From: Eledone cirrhosa
Taxonomy: Eukaryota
DNA length: 64,000 nucleotides
Assembly (NCBI GenBank): GCA_964016885.1
Contig: OZ024743.1
Location: 225,308,001-225,372,000, forward strand
Direction of reading: 5' to 3'
Position numbers and translations under genes: made by a program. The notes below the pieces were generated by a model, which had not been told where the DNA came from, did not search any database, and saw nothing but the letters and a program-made list of their open reading frames with translations. Numbering within the stretch: position 1 is the stretch's first letter; every line of letters starts with the position of its first letter. Shown here one piece after another: positions 35,570-50,379 of this stretch.

Positions 35570-35676
35570 CTGAATTCTCAGTTTTCCATATTGTGTTAGA
35601 AGATATTGAGAGATATTCAGGATGGTAATGATCTGTAGGATAACTTATAATCCGTTTCTTTTGCCTAAATGCCTTG
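35570..35676 (-). CDS. Candidate internal exon of an unidentified host gene
   Basis: tttcag acceptor, CAG|gtaag donor, open frame KAFRQKKRIISYPTDHYHPEYLSISSNTIWKTENS. Confidence 0.4.
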
Positions 35677-36683
35677 CTGAAATTTTAAAAACAAGAATGT
35701 TTAAATATAAGTTATCTATGTACAATCACATATATTATGAAGGCAAATGTAAAATGAAGCTCATATACACACACTCACACACACACACACACAGTAAATA
35801 AATAAATATTCTTAAAAGACTCCAGTTGCATTTTCAATTTCTTTTCCTTATACTTTCACCCGTGTGGGACATCTCTTTTTTGAAAAATACCCTCATTTTC
35901 TGTTATTATTTCTGGCAATATTATAACAATATGACCCTCCCCAAGTATAACTATATATATATATATATAAATATATATATAAGTGAAAAACAGAAACAAT
36001 AACAAAGAGTGCAATATGAACAGTGTTGGTATTAGGTTCACGCTTGAGAGAGGGGGGGGGGTATATATATATATATAATGATTTGAACCATGGATCATAA
36101 GGATAATAGTTTAACAGGATGTTAACCTGTAAACCACCATAATTTTGTTTGTTTGTTTTTTTTATTTTTCATGAAATTGTCTATAGAGAATTTAACACCA
36201 TTAACAATATTAATTAATATAAAGTTTTTTCATTATTTTAATAGATATTTTTCAATTTTCAAAAAAAGAGATTTCATTACAACAATATATTAAAGAAAAA
36301 TCAATGTTATATTTTCATTGATCTCCCACCTCAATTAGATATTTATATTTTAACAAATCCTTTTTCATTTCTCTTTTTATTAATATTATTATTATTATTA
36401 TTATTATCAAACTATAACCAAAATTTCCAATCTGGTAAATTAATTTTGTCAGAAATTTATTAATAAAGTCAACGTTGTTAGTTGCTTTGTTGAAAGTAGC
36501 ATTTGAACTGAACTACACAAGAATATTTCATAAACCACTAAACATTTTTTTAAAATAACATTTTTTTTTGCTTGTTTCTGAGGTAGAAGATACAAATTAT
36601 TTCAAAAATGTTTTCCTCAAAATTCAATATTATTCTACTCCTCTCATGAGAAGATAAATATACACCTTGATTTATTACTAATA

Positions 36684-36820
36684 TGGAAGCACGTGGGTCT
36701 AGTGGTAAGGGTGTTGGACTTATGACCATAAAGTTGTGGGTTCAAGTTGGACTGGGTTGAGTGTTGTGTTCTTGAGCAAAACACTTCATTTCATGTTGCT
36801 CCACTATACTCAACTGAAAA
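36684..36820 (+). mobile_element. tRNA-derived CORE-like SINE
   Basis: TGGGTCTAGTGG A-box, GGTTCAAGT B-box-like, TGTGTTCTTGAGCAAAACACTT. Confidence 0.75.
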
Positions 36821-37199
36821 GATTCAGAGTGGAAGGGCAAGGAAGAGACAGCAAGAAAGAAGATAGGCAGAGTGAGAAAATGAGAAGGTAAGAGCAAAAG
36901 GAGAGAGAGAAAGTATAAGTAAGTCACAGACAAAAGCAAAAGCATTCAGTGCACGTTTGCATGTGTATATGTGTAGAGGACATTTATATATTAAAAAGTT
37001 CAAATAATAAAAATCTGTTAGGAATGTTCTCAAGGCAATGCATAAATAAAACTCACAATGAGATTGTAAATGTAGAGAAACAAAGTTTCATTGAGATATA
37101 ATCACTACAGATTAATTAGCACCTTATTTCTGTAGATTCATCAAAATATTGATGCCAAATATAACCCTTGTCTCATTTTACCAATTTTTTTGGTCGCAT

Positions 37200-37755
37200 A
37201 TTCCTCACCTTATTTTCAAATAGGAAGACCCAGGAAAACCTAGGACGAGAGGATAAAAGCAGGTCTTGCCCAATTGCACCTCTCAAAGACAATGACACAG
37301 GATCAAGATCTTTGGCATTATGCAGTAATACAGAAGACCTGCCTTCTCTTGCACACGGACGCAAACATACTTCCAGTAGGCACCTCTTAACCACTTAATC
37401 TACTATACCCCTTCCATACATCATGGTAGCGCCATGACAAAAAGTACTCAATCCACACTGTAAAGTGGCACCCAGCCCACACTGTAAAGTGCTCATGTAG
37501 GTGTCACAGCAAAAAGCACCCAGTCCACAATGTAAAGTGGTCGTGTAGGCATCACAACAAAAAGCACCCAGTACTCACTGTAAATGAGGTTGGTACTAGG
37601 AAGAGCATCCAGCTGTAGAAACCAAGCCAAAATCGGTTCTGTATGAGCATAACATGGTCACCTGACCTGATTTTGCTCACAACAGGATAACTCATCTAAG
37701 CCAGGTCAACATGGAAAAATGAATGTTAAACGGTGATCATGATGATGATGATGAT
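37200..37755 (+). mobile_element. RTE LINE 3' end
   Basis: GRPRKT remnant, LHLSKTM, repeated CCACACTGTAAAGTGG units, (GAT)n tail. Confidence 0.85.
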
Positions 37756-39149
37756 ATACATATTACATATATATTTCATATTATTTCGTGAAATAATTAT
37801 CTAAGCAATGATAAAATAAAATAGGTGTTCTAATTCCCTAGATAAATTTGAATGAAGAATGTTTCAATGTATTACATGATGCATAACTGAATCTGAAACA
37901 AGCTACTATTAACATTTCTACATGCTACATACCAATCAAATACTAATTTAAATGTAGATGTAAACCAACCAAAAGACTATTATAACAAGAGCTAAAGAGA
38001 CATTTCTAAATGGCCATTAACTGAAACAGATCACCAAGCTTGGAAAAGTTGAAAGTTGACAAATTAACAACAAATACTAATGACAGCGAGTGTTAATAAT
38101 GGTAATGATGGTGAGAACATCAACAAAATTACTGTCAATAATTAGTGTTATTTTTCATCATCTTTCTTTTCAGATAAATATTCCCTTAGATTTACATCGC
38201 TTTTATTGGTTTCAGTCATTAGACAGTGACCATGCTGGGGTACCACATTGTCTTAGTTGATCATATTAATCCCCAGTACTTATTTTTTCAAATCTGGTAC
38301 CTATTTTTTTTATCTCTTTTGTTTTTCTTGTCAAACTGTTAAGATATGGTTGTAAGCACACACACACACACTTAGGTATTTGAACATAAACTGAAAATAA
38401 TTTTAATAATTCTTTCTTGAAAGGAAATGACACAACTTTATAGAAATATTATGAATTAGGATGCATAGTCTTTATATAGCTAAGCTTAGATAGGAAATTT
38501 GGTTAAACAATGACACTCTTTTGATTTTGTCTGTACAATCAACTGAAACTAATAGTTCCTATGAATATAAAACATATGGACCTTTCCCATTTTTAAACAG
38601 ATTCTCCTTTACTGGTTTCAGTCATTAAAATGCAGCCATGCTGAGGCACTGCATTGAAGGGATTTAGTCAATTATGATGAGATTCTAATCAGTTCCCATC
38701 TTCCAAATTTCACTCACAAGGAATTGGCCAACCAGAGTAGAATATGCCCAAAATTCCACACAGTAAGGCTGAACCCATAACCACATAGCTATGCCTACAC
38801 TTACAGATTAGCCGACCTTAAGAAGACATCTGCTGTAAAGTTTACAAAGAAATGTCTAGATATACTAATCCACTGAATGAACGCCATTAAAAACAAATAA
38901 AATAAATACATAAAAATGGATGGTACCCCTAGGTTAGCAGCTTATAGAAGGAGTTTCAAATTATTTTTATTTAAATGTTTTTACATCTATTTTTTTTCTA
39001 CGTGACTATGGGTTAAATAGTTCTACAAATTTATACTTTAGTATGAATTAGTGAAGTAATTTTCCATGGGAATCCTTTCTCAACTATAAGGACAAAATCT
39101 ATATCTTAGTAAGGCCCTATATTTATAAAGTTTAATAAAATAAAAAAAG

Positions 39150-39310
39150 TAGGCAGTAAATTGGCAGAGTCATTAAATCATTGAATAGAATGTTTTGCAG
39201 TATTCGTTCCTGATCTCTGTGCTCTGAGTTCAAATCTTGTTGGGATTAACTTGCCTTCTCATCCTTAAGAGGTTAAGAAATAAAGTATCAGTTCAATACT
39301 GGGGTTGATT
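39150..39310 (+). mobile_element. SINE, family of 26088-26280
   Basis: CTGAGTTCAAATC...TTAACTTGCCTT..CATCCTT..AAATAAAGTA. Confidence 0.7.
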
Positions 39311-40354
39311 CTTATTCCATAACATTTTCTTACTCTCTCACTTTCGTTCTTTTCTAGAAGATATTGGCTGTGCTAAGACATGGAGAGTGATGGGCTCCAC
39401 TAGATTTAAATGTCCAAGATACATCATATGTCCACCAGGAGTTAGAAGTCCATGGATGGATAGAATTTAAAAGTGCAATCTAACAGTAGGTTTTGAATCA
39501 GTGATATTGAGTGCTCAAATTACTCAATATCATTAGTAGAAGAAACACCTGGTCTGACCGCTTGCAACAGAGTGACTTAACTAAAGGCACCCAAGAACCA
39601 GGTAGTGATGTTAAATCAAGTGATATTAAGTTTACCACCCAAGATGTAGGTCATTCAATATCTGGCATAAACTAGGTTGCATATTCTTATTTCTTTATCA
39701 AGTAACAAATATCAATATAGAATGGAAACTAGCAACTTAGTCACAGTGAGAAAAACTCTACAGAGAGATACTTATTGAATATTAAATATTCAAATTATAT
39801 TAATCAACTATCAAATATGATGAATTACTTTGTGAGAGACTCATTTACTTTCTGACAGATCACTAGTACAACTATCATTACAAACTATTCTTGGTTTCAT
39901 GTGTGGGGTGATGAAGGGCAGCTATCCAGCTTAATAGCCAGGAAAGGACCTAGGTTAGATATAATTAGTTATACAAAAAGGAAAGAGGCCCACTATACAT
40001 GATGAAAGATTTATGATTTCTTCTATATTGTAAATAACCCAATTAAAACTAAGATCTTCACCAACTTACAATAATAATAATGATAATCCTAACAATTCCA
40101 TTGCTAGATCAATGAAGATTCAAATGAGGTTCATCAATCACAATGGACATTTGATAGGCAATTAACATGTTTGCAGCAAGGCTATATCAATGTAGCAAAG
40201 AAATAAGTGGATGACTCAGTTCAACAGTACATTGTGTTAGGAAGTTAATCACATTCATTAATAAATACTAAACATTATTTATTACTTTATTAAATTGTTT
40301 GATAATTACATAATATTTCCAAACAAATAACAATAATAACAATAGCAATAATAA

Positions 40355-41995
40355 CAGGACTGAACTTTGATATAAATGTTATAGCAAGAAAATCACTCTA
40401 CCCTCACATATGGACAATCTCAAGCTGTATGCTGGCATATGAGAGCTAACTTGAAACATTGTTGCAGACAGTACACGGATTTACAAAAAAAAAAAAGAAA
40501 GAAAGAAAATAGTCATGGAATTTGGAATATAAAAATGCACCAAGGCAACTCAAAGAGAGGAAAACTAGTTAAACACATTAATATCATGTCCGATAAAGAA
40601 ACTGAGATAAGAGAATTAAATGAAACACAGATATACAAATACTTAGGAATCAATGAACTAGACAGGATGCAACTCACACAAATGAAAGAAAAGATTAAAA
40701 AGAAAGAATATGGAAGAAGAGATACTATAGACAAATTATATTATTACATAAGACGGAACTAAATGCAAATAATAAGGCAATAGGCATCACTATTCTAGTG
40801 GTCCCAGTAATAAACTACAGTTTTAATATTCTGAATTGGACACTAAAAGAATAATAATGACTGCATTTACCACCAAAAATCAGATGTAGAAACATTATAC
40901 TTACAATGAACACTGGGAGGTAGGAGCTTTATGCAACTAGAAAATTATTATAAAATATCCATTGTGCGACTACAAAAATACCCAATGAAGAATAATTGAA
41001 AGTTAATACAAATGGCCACAATGCATGATCATAGTAAACAATTATTTTCTGTCTTCAATGAAGCCGAAATGTTCAAAATAGAAGCTGAATTGACAGAAGA
41101 TTATGAAGAGATTGAAAAAAAAAAAGAAACAACAGAAATGGTGAAAAAGATAAAATCTAAATTGAAAACAGATTTCCAGAATACTATGCTAAAACTATGG
41201 CATGGGAAAACCCTACATGGCCAATACCCAAAAGCTGAATAAGGAGGAAGTAGACAAGTAAAATTTACAAAACTGGCTAAGAAGCACAGGACTAAAAGCC
41301 ACTGAAAGATTCCTAATTACTGCACAAGATCAAAGCCTAACCACCAGAAACTACCAAAAGTGCATAATGAAGCAGAACACAGTAAGTGAAGAGTATGGTG
41401 GAGGTGGGGAAGAAACAACTAACCACATTGTCTCTGACTTCCCAGTCTTAATAAAAAAAGAATATATCCTCAGACATGATAGAGCTGCGATTTACATACA
41501 TTGGAAATTATGCCAACATTATGAAATACCTAAAGAAAGGAGATGGTACAGATATATACCAGAAAAAGTATCAGAGAATGACAAAGCAACAATACTCTGG
41601 GATATACCAATACACACAGACAGATAGATCAAAATTAACTGACTGGGTATGATAGCAAAAAATCACAAAGAAAAGTAATATATTCTTATTGATATATCAA
41701 CAATCACAGACAATATATCTATCAAGGACTTGAAGAAATAATGCAATATAAGGATACAGAGGTAGAAATAACTAGAATGTGAATGATAAAAACAGAAACA
41801 ATCCCTAGGTGCCCTGGAAATGATAAAAAAAATGCACAAGCAAATACATAACCAAAACCTCAGAATTTACAAATATACACTGCACACACATATTATGAAA
41901 AATACTCTCAAATATAATAGAAACAAGACCTCTTAGACAAGCTGCACAGTATTATGCTTGATAAGGCAGTGACAGGATGCAATGAAAATTAGACT
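40355..41995 (+). mobile_element. Decayed R4/Dong-like non-LTR element with restriction-like endonuclease
   Basis: YKYLGI, WHGKTLHGQY, AQDQSLTTRNY, ETTNHIVS..P..EYILRHD, ILWDIPIHTDR, GALE remnants. Confidence 0.8.
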
Positions 41996-43799
41996 GGTGA
42001 TGATGATGATGATGATAGTGTGGTGTTAGTGGAGGTAGCAGTGGTGGTGATGATGGTGATGGTAATGATGATGATATCAGATAACATTGCTACACATACT
42101 TAAGAAATGATCGATGAGCTCATGAAGAAATTAGGGAAGTTTGAAAATGTGAAATTATTTGCTTTTATTACGAAAAGATGTTGAGAACTAGTCCATTCAC
42201 TTCAGCAATGCTCAACCCTTCCACCTTTTAATAAATTTACTTGAGAGCAGAATCTCCCTCTCCTCACTTTCCTTTCTCTCCCAGTTGAACTCAAAAAAGT
42301 TGATGATGGCTTGATCAAAGGGAAAGTGTTTGTCTTTGTTTCTTTTAGTTGTGTCCTCTACAGAACCTCTTTCACTACAGTGATTAAACAGAGGAAAACT
42401 ACCCGTCCTTTCCAGTCAAAGGAAACTGATGTAGTGATCTTCATTCATCCACATAAAGGCTGGATCTATATTACATGCAACAACAACTATTTAATAAAAA
42501 TCCACAAGTCAGCAAATCCCAAACAAGTATGATTGATGGTATTTCAATGCGCGTAGAGTTTGTCTCCAGTCAGTAATATCACCACATTAGCACTGCATGT
42601 TAAGGATTTCTGGAAATTATCCATAGTTCCTGGGTTCAAACATCCTTCACAAGAGACAAATCAGTTGATTTTCATGATGTTCAGTTTCTCTGAGATCATC
42701 ACTCCATTCCTGCAATACACCAGCTTTCAGGAGCTTGATCAAGTATTGCAGCTCCATCAAAGATATGAGCTGTGGGAAAATAAAACATACCTAACAAAGG
42801 ACAACAACACCCAGTCCAAGAATCTTTGTAGTTGTCACAACCTCATATCTGTACATAGTGAGCCCTCTACATAGAGGGTGTTGGTAGTATATTGACCACC
42901 TGGCCAGTGGAACACATCCCTTTTTTATACAAAGCAAAAAAGCAGATGCTCCAATTTAATCAAATGAACAGTGGGTCAAAGAATAATGACCAGATAGTAA
43001 TATATAAAATGGAGGTGATATACATATCCATCATCTCTACCCAACCTTTCAGGATAGATTCCTCTCAGCCCATAACTGAATGGGGCTGATCACCCTGTTC
43101 AATAATAATAATGAGTCTTTAAAGTTTTTTTTAAAATTAGAATGTTGCTTTTAACCAACTCAAATAATAGCTTTAATCATCTCAACAAGATTTCTTGTTA
43201 ACCCTTTAAATATCAAATGAATCTATTCCTATTTTGAATTTATTGTATGTAAAATTGCCTTCAACAAGGTTTTTATGAATTCAGCATTGGGTTTTTCAGA
43301 CTAATTAGTTTACTGTCTTTTTCAATCCCCATTTGTTTTTCTAAAATAACAATCTCGTTTGTTTAATTTTGGCCGAAAATTCTAGGATTTATAAAATGGC
43401 CTCCTTGTCCCTCTTAATCTTTACCCCCCCCCCACTATATCGTATACGCACCTGATAGTTCACCCTTTCAATCACTCCCTTCTCTCACCAAATAAAAATA
43501 AACCTGTGACAAGGTACGAATCTGAGAATTTGTCAACGCTTATTAATGGTGAGACCTGCTCACCACTCCCTGCGAAATGTAATGTAAAATGCCATTTTTT
43601 TCTTGTCTCTCCAGCCTCTCAGTCCATTCATTCATATATCCGTATCATCGCCCAGAATCCAATCTTTTACTCTCTCTCAATGCTATTCTATAATTCTGTC
43701 TGGTTGTTCTAAATAAAATAATCTTCTTGTATTTTAAAATCCCATTATTCGCTTATTACTGTTATATGCTTGTCCAATTATGCCCAAAATTCGAAGATT

Positions 43800-46700
43800 T
43801 TATTTAAACCCTCTTGCTAACTACCCCATGCCCCTCCCACCCGCCCCCACTCTCCACCATTATTATTAGGACCATTCATAAGTCAGCAGCCTATGCTATC
43901 ACTTCTGGTTGCTTTTCGATATGATGGATGGAATAGGAATTCTGGAGAGTCTGAAAAATCTGGACACTCAGTGACAATGCCAAAGATAAAGACAAATTCA
44001 CCTCATGATGCCGGACGAAAAGGCAAGGACTCCCCCTCTTTGTTTCGGCCGCGGATGGCCAACATAACCCGAACCCCATCCCCCTCACCCCTCCCCACCG
44101 TTCCCACCCACCAAACGCAATCCAAAACTTCAGAGTTGGTACCATGAATGTAGGCACCTTAAAAGGTCACTCTAACGAGGTTGTAGAAATGCTTGAACGT
44201 AAGGAGGTTGATGTTTGCTGTATCCAAGAGACCAGGTGGAGGGGTGGGTCTGCTAGATTCATTGTGGGTAAAAGACGATGCTATAAGCTTTTCTGGGTGG
44301 GAAATGACAATGGGCTGGGTGGAGTAGGAATCATGTTAGCAGAAAAATGGGTAGATAAGATAATAGACGTAAATAGAGTGAACGACAGAATAATTAAAAT
44401 AAGACTTGTCCTAAATAGAACTACTGTGACAGTAATATCTGCGTATGCACCCCAATCCGGACTGCCTGGTGCTATAAAAGACAGATTCTATGAGACATTG
44501 ATGCTCACTACCTCCCAAATAACCGACAGTGACTACATAATTATTGCTGGCGACCTAAATGGTCACGTTGGACAACATTGTGACGGCTATGACGGAATCC
44601 ATGGAGGCTATGGGTTTGGTACTAGAAATGAGGAAGGCTCCAGAATCCTGGAATTCTGTGACGCAAATAACCTAACTATCTGTAACACTAACTTCAAAAA
44701 ATGAGACAATCACTTGATCACCTATAGATCAGGGGAACACGCCAGTCAGATACATTATATCCTTACCAGAAGATGTGATAGAGTGTCTGTTCTAAATACT
44801 AAATCCCTCCCCCATGAAGAATGCACCTCCCAACATAGACTCATAGTCAGCGACCTCATAGTCAGGACAAGACGTACTCGACAACAGAGGAGGACTATCC
44901 TCAGGAGAAAAATATGGAAGCTAAAGGACCCCACAGCCAGTAATAAGTTTAAAAGCATATTACTTGATGCTTTCGACAGTAAGGAAGAGCAATTAGAGTT
45001 GTACAATATAGAGGAACAGTGGGAATTTCTGAAAAGCTAACCTGCTGAAGGCGACAGATGAAGTCTGTGGCTGGAGCAGGCCTATAGGCAGGAGGAGAGT
45101 AACGTGGTGGTGGAACAGTAAGGTGGAGGAGTCAATTAAGGCCAAATAGCAGGCTTGGAAAGTATGGCGCGATGGGGTGAGTAGAGAAGACTATTAAGTG
45201 GCCAGGAGGGAAGCTAGGAGACAAGTGTACTTCTCAAGAAGGGAAGCAGAGGAAAGAAAGTTCAAGCATGTTCTACAATGCGAGGACCAAAAACGTGAGG
45301 TGTTCAGGATTGCTAGGCAATGTGTCAAGGAAAACCGTGATATTGTCGGGGAGAAGTGTGTCCTTAATGATGATGGTGTACTTGCCATCACTGACGCTGA
45401 TAAGAAGGTAGCTTGGAAGTGTCACTACGAAAGGCTACTAAATGAGGAGAATAAATAGGATATAGACAGTCTCCCCCACATCGATCCAATAGAGGGACCA
45501 GCAGTACAAGTTGAAGGTAGTATAATAAGTAAGGCAATCAAAGATATGAAGACAGGCAAGGCGGCTGGGCCTTCAGAAATAGTTGCTGAAATGCTGAAAG
45601 CATCTGGAACGGTGGGACACACTATGGTCACCCGGATAGTAAACCAAGTCATACAGAATGGGGTCGTTCCGAAGGACTGGCATAGCATCATCATCATTAA
45701 CTGCTACAAGGGTAAAGGAGATGCCCTAGATAGGGGTAACTATAGAGGCATTAAATTAATCGACCAGGTCATGAAGGTCACAGAAAAAGTAATAGCGCAA
45801 CTAATCAGAGAACGAATTGATCTAGATGAAATGTAGTTCGGGTTTGTGTCAGATAAAAGTACAACAGACGCTCTTTTCATTGTACGACAACTACAGAAGT
45901 ACCTAGCTAAAAGTAAACCCCTATACTTAGCTTTTGATGACTTGGAGAAAGCCTTTGACAGAGTCCTCCGCTCCATTATCTGGTGGGCTCTTAGAAAACT
46001 AGGTGTTGATGAATGGCTTGTGAGAGCTATACATGCCATGTATAAAGAAACAGTCAGCAAGGTTAGAATTAACAACGAATATAGTGAAGAGTTTAGCGTA
46101 AAAGTTGGTGTTCATCAGAGCTCCGTTCTTAACCCCCTACTATTTATTATTGCCCTTCAGGCTATAACAGAGGAGTTCAAGACAGGCTGCCCATGGGAAC
46201 TCCTATATGCAGATGATCTAACGCTCATAACTGAATCAATGGTTGAACTAGAGAAGAAATTCCAAACATGGAAGCATGGCCTAGAATCAAAAGGCCTTAA
46301 AGTTAACTTGTCTAAGACTAAATTTCTAGTTTGTAGGAAGGAAAATAGGGCACCGGTCCCATCTGGGAAATGGCCATGCTCAGTGTGTAGGAAAGGAGTA
46401 GGCAGAAACTCCATTTTATGTCCCAAATGCAAAGTATGGGTGCATAAAAGATGTAGTGGGATCACAGGTAAGCTAACTAAGAATATAGATTTTATATGTG
46501 GCCGGTGCTCTGGTGCAATAAGTAGCAGCAAGTGCCCACAGAATACTAGCTCATTCCATTGCACAGATGGTTCTATAGAAATAGTGGACACCTTCCATTA
46601 CCTAGGTGACAAAATCAGCAGTGGGGGAGGGTGCTCTGAAAGTACAGTAGCTAGAGTCAGAACGGGATGGAAAAAGTTCAGAGAGCTTATACCACTATTG

Positions 46701-47680
46701 GCCGCTAAAGGGTTCTCTCTAAAAATGAAAGGCAGGCTGTATGATGCTTGCATACGAACAGCAATGTTACATGGCAGTGAGACCTGGGCATTGTGTGCAG
46801 AGGATATACGCAGACTGGAGAGAAACGAAGCTTGCATGCTCCGCTGGATGTGTAATAGTAATATACGTGAACGGTAAAGCATAAACGAACTAAGGGAGAA
46901 ATTAGGAATAAGAGGGATCAGATGTTGTTTACTCGAGAGAAGAGTACATTGGTACAGTCACGTGATGCGCATGAAAGACGACAGCTGTATAAAAAAGTGC
47001 AGGGCGATAAAAATAGACGGTAGCCACGGAGTAGGCAGACCCAGAAAAACCTGGGACGACTTGATAAATTCCGACTTCACACACTTACACCTCTCCAAGA
47101 CAATGTCACTGGACCGAGATCTTTGGGGCTACACAGTAATACAGAAGACCCACCTTGCCTAAGTACAAAGTGAAACCTACAGTCAGTAGGCACCTCTAAC
47201 AAAAATACACCCCTGTCCCACTACCCCAACCCCATCCACACCACGCCCTTCAATGTAAAGTTATGTTGGTACCACAACATCCAGTCCGAAACAAATGAGG
47301 TCGTGTAGGTATCACGACAAAAAAACACACTGTCCACGCTGTAATGTGGCCGTGTAGGTAACACAGTAAAAACCTCCCAGTCCACACTGTAAACGTGGTT
47401 GGTGTTAGGAAGGGCATCTAGCCGTAGAAAACCCACCAGACGTGTAGGTGTCACGACAAAAAAACACACAGTCCACGCTGTAATGTGGCTGTGTAGGTAA
47501 CACGGTAAAAACCTCCCAGTCCACACTGTAAACATGGTTGGTGTTAGGAAGGGCATCCAGCCGTAGAAAACCTGCCAGACAGTCCTATACGAACAGGACA
47601 ACCAATCTTGCCTCAAGTGGGAAAACTCCCGTCCAAACCCATGCAAGCGTAGAAGATGGACGTTAAACGATGATGATGAT
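43800..47680 (+). mobile_element. Near full-length RTE LINE with multiple stops
   Basis: APE 44144-44704, RT fragments to 47162 with an intact C4HC3 finger, repeated 3' UTR, (GAT)n; 5' boundary approximate. Confidence 0.95.
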
Positions 47681-48694
47681 TGTAGTGAAACAAATTAATT
47701 GAAATGGAATTGTAAAACTGAAAAGAAATCAAATATATTTTAGCTCTAAGCAAAGAGACCAGGCTGATTCATGTTGTGTTGTCTCTGTGGAAAATGTAGG
47801 CTGGGCTGCCAATGAAAGATCTTAAGAGATAAAACCTAGCAAGTGTAGAAGGGATGATTGGATCTTTGTGCTGTGAGGTATAGTATGTAGCTATAATTGT
47901 CAACAGATGTGAAGTATATATAATGTACACATGTTTTGTTGGTTATATGTATCATGATCACATTGTCTTATAGGAAGATATATAAAGGTGACAGGTGGCA
48001 TAGAGAATGTTTGTGGATAAAGTAAGGAGAGTTAAGGGGTATTAATAATTCAAAAATATCTAAGGAAACAAGAGTAGGGAGGTTTAATATAGGAAGGAAC
48101 AGCTAATAGTTTCTCTTTAAGCATTTCTTTTACATTACATTCATCCTTATTATAGTTTTTATGCCTGTCTTTTCATGCTTTCTTGGCTTAAATGAGTCCT
48201 CTCCAGTACAGCATCCATCCACTTTTTTCTTTCCTTTGTGGGGTTTTGCTTCCTGAAGTCAGTTTTTGCCAACTCTACCCAAGTATTTCGGTAATCATCC
48301 ATGCTAGGAGATTTTGATAATGAAACACATGTGTTTTTATTCCACCATGCTGCCTCAGCAAAGGAAACAGTATGCATTATATCTTGTTCAATTTCTCTTA
48401 GATCTTGAAGAATTAAACTCCTCTGAAGAGTATGCGGATTCTTCAATTATTCATGGCTCCAATAAGAATTTTCCCTCATATGAAACAATGGTACGGAGAT
48501 CTATATATAAGTGAGGTTAGATAGAATACTTTTTTTTTGTCTATCTTGTTTGTACTCCCATAATTAGAGTTTTTTCACTTAATTTCAATATATATATATA
48601 TAGGTATGTAAAAGGTAAACAGAAATAACAACACAATTGGTACAGTATATGGAAGGGATATATTAGGTTAACGCTTGATATAGCAGGAAGAGGG

Positions 48695-48730
48695 TCTTAA
48701 CGTTTCAGACGCTAGTCCTTCATTAGAAGA
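48695..48730 (-). ncRNA. Minimal hammerhead relic (core CTAATGA)
   Basis: TCTT-CTAATGA-AGGAC tagc GTCT-GAAACGTT-AAGA; palindromic AACGTT stem III. Confidence 0.45.
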
Positions 48731-49142
48731 AAAAATGAGAAATAAGATAGACTGAGGGGACGGGCGGGTTGGAATTGGAAAAAATGACTTTAGATAAAAA
48801 TAACAGGTTCATTCATGTTGACATCTCTTGCAAAACTGTTGGTGCTGGCGTTTTGTGTATGATTTATTTTTTAGAAAAGTGGATGATGGAGCATACACAC
48901 ACATATGTGAGTGCATGTGTGTGAAGGTGCATAGCATAGGGGTTAGGTATTCAGCTCATGACTGTGAGTTCAATTCCCAGTGGCAGGGAGACATAGGCAG
49001 TAAATGCAGAGAGTATAGAGGGACTGGAGAAAAGTGAAGCGAGCAAGCTCAGTTGGATGTGCGATGTTTGTGTGCATGAAAAAGCAGACAAGAAATGATG
49101 AAGATGATGATGATGATGATATATATATATATTATATATATA

Positions 49143-49321
49143 TAGGTAAAATTCCATTATAACGAATACCATTATAACAAATTTTTTTAGTATAACAAAA
49201 ATTTCTTTCAACCCTCAGCCACACGCTCGATATGTTTCATCAGACCTCGTTATAAAGAATTTTTCGTTACAAATTTCTTTTTTATACCCCATGAATTTTG
49301 TTATAACAGAATTTCACTGTA
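49143..49321. mobile_element. pogo/Tigger-type MITE
   Basis: Imperfect TIRs GTAAAATTCCATTATAAC / GTTATAACAGAATTTCAC with TA flanks. Confidence 0.65.
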
Positions 49322-49323
49322 TG

Positions 49324-49413
<90 letters not shown>
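49322..49413. repeat. (TA)n(GA)n microsatellite
   Basis: Direct reading. Confidence 0.95.
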
Positions 49414-49415
<2 letters not shown>

Positions 49416-50379
49416 AACTTACAACAGGTTTTCAAACAATTTCTCCAAACTAAATTCCATTCACAAGACATTGGTCAAATGAAGGCTGATGATCCACAGA
49501 AAGATCAAACCTAGGACCAATGTGATTATTTAATACACTCTTTAACCCCCAACTAATGCCTATTACACACTAACTTTTACTCCAGTATCTATTTTGGCAT
49601 CCTTACCTTCTTTATTGCTCACCACAGTATGGACATGTATTACATATGGATGATGACTATTGAGGGAAAGAAGTAGCAAGAAATCCCAATGGAAGGAAAC
49701 CACAGTAGGGTGAAAGTTGATCTCAAAATGAACAGATCTCAAAATTGATCTTCACTGAACAGAGATGAAAAAAACACAATAAGAGGAGGGAAGCTGTGCT
49801 GAAGAAGACACATCCAACTCATCCAAATAAGGAAAAATGGAAAAATGATGATGATGAAAACACAATACAATCTAGTGTATGTCTGATTTTCTATGCCATT
49901 CATCTACTTTCTTTATCCTTCTCACCCCATCATCAATCAGTTCCATTAATACACATCACCATTGTTATCATCATCATCATCATCATCATCATTATCCTCG
50001 TCATCATTGCCATTACCTCAATTATCTCTCCACCACCACCACTACCATTTGATATGCAATAAACATGTAATTTCCATCAAATCATTGAAAAATGCCTGGA
50101 ATACATCAATTTAGAAAATAGCAATATATTTACGAGTTAATATATTTACTGTGTTGCAATGAGGGTGGTGGTGGTGGTGGTGGTGGTGGTGGTGGTGATA
50201 GTGGTGGTAGTTATAATGTATATGATAATGAAAATGTTTGGGACACTAGTGATATTGATAGGTGTAGTAATAGTAGGAATGGTTGTTGTAATGGTAGTGA
50301 TTGAAGCAGTTGTAGTAATGTCGGTATTGTTGTTGAGTCCTAGGTTATCCATGATTGAGCAGACCTGCGATCAAATGGA

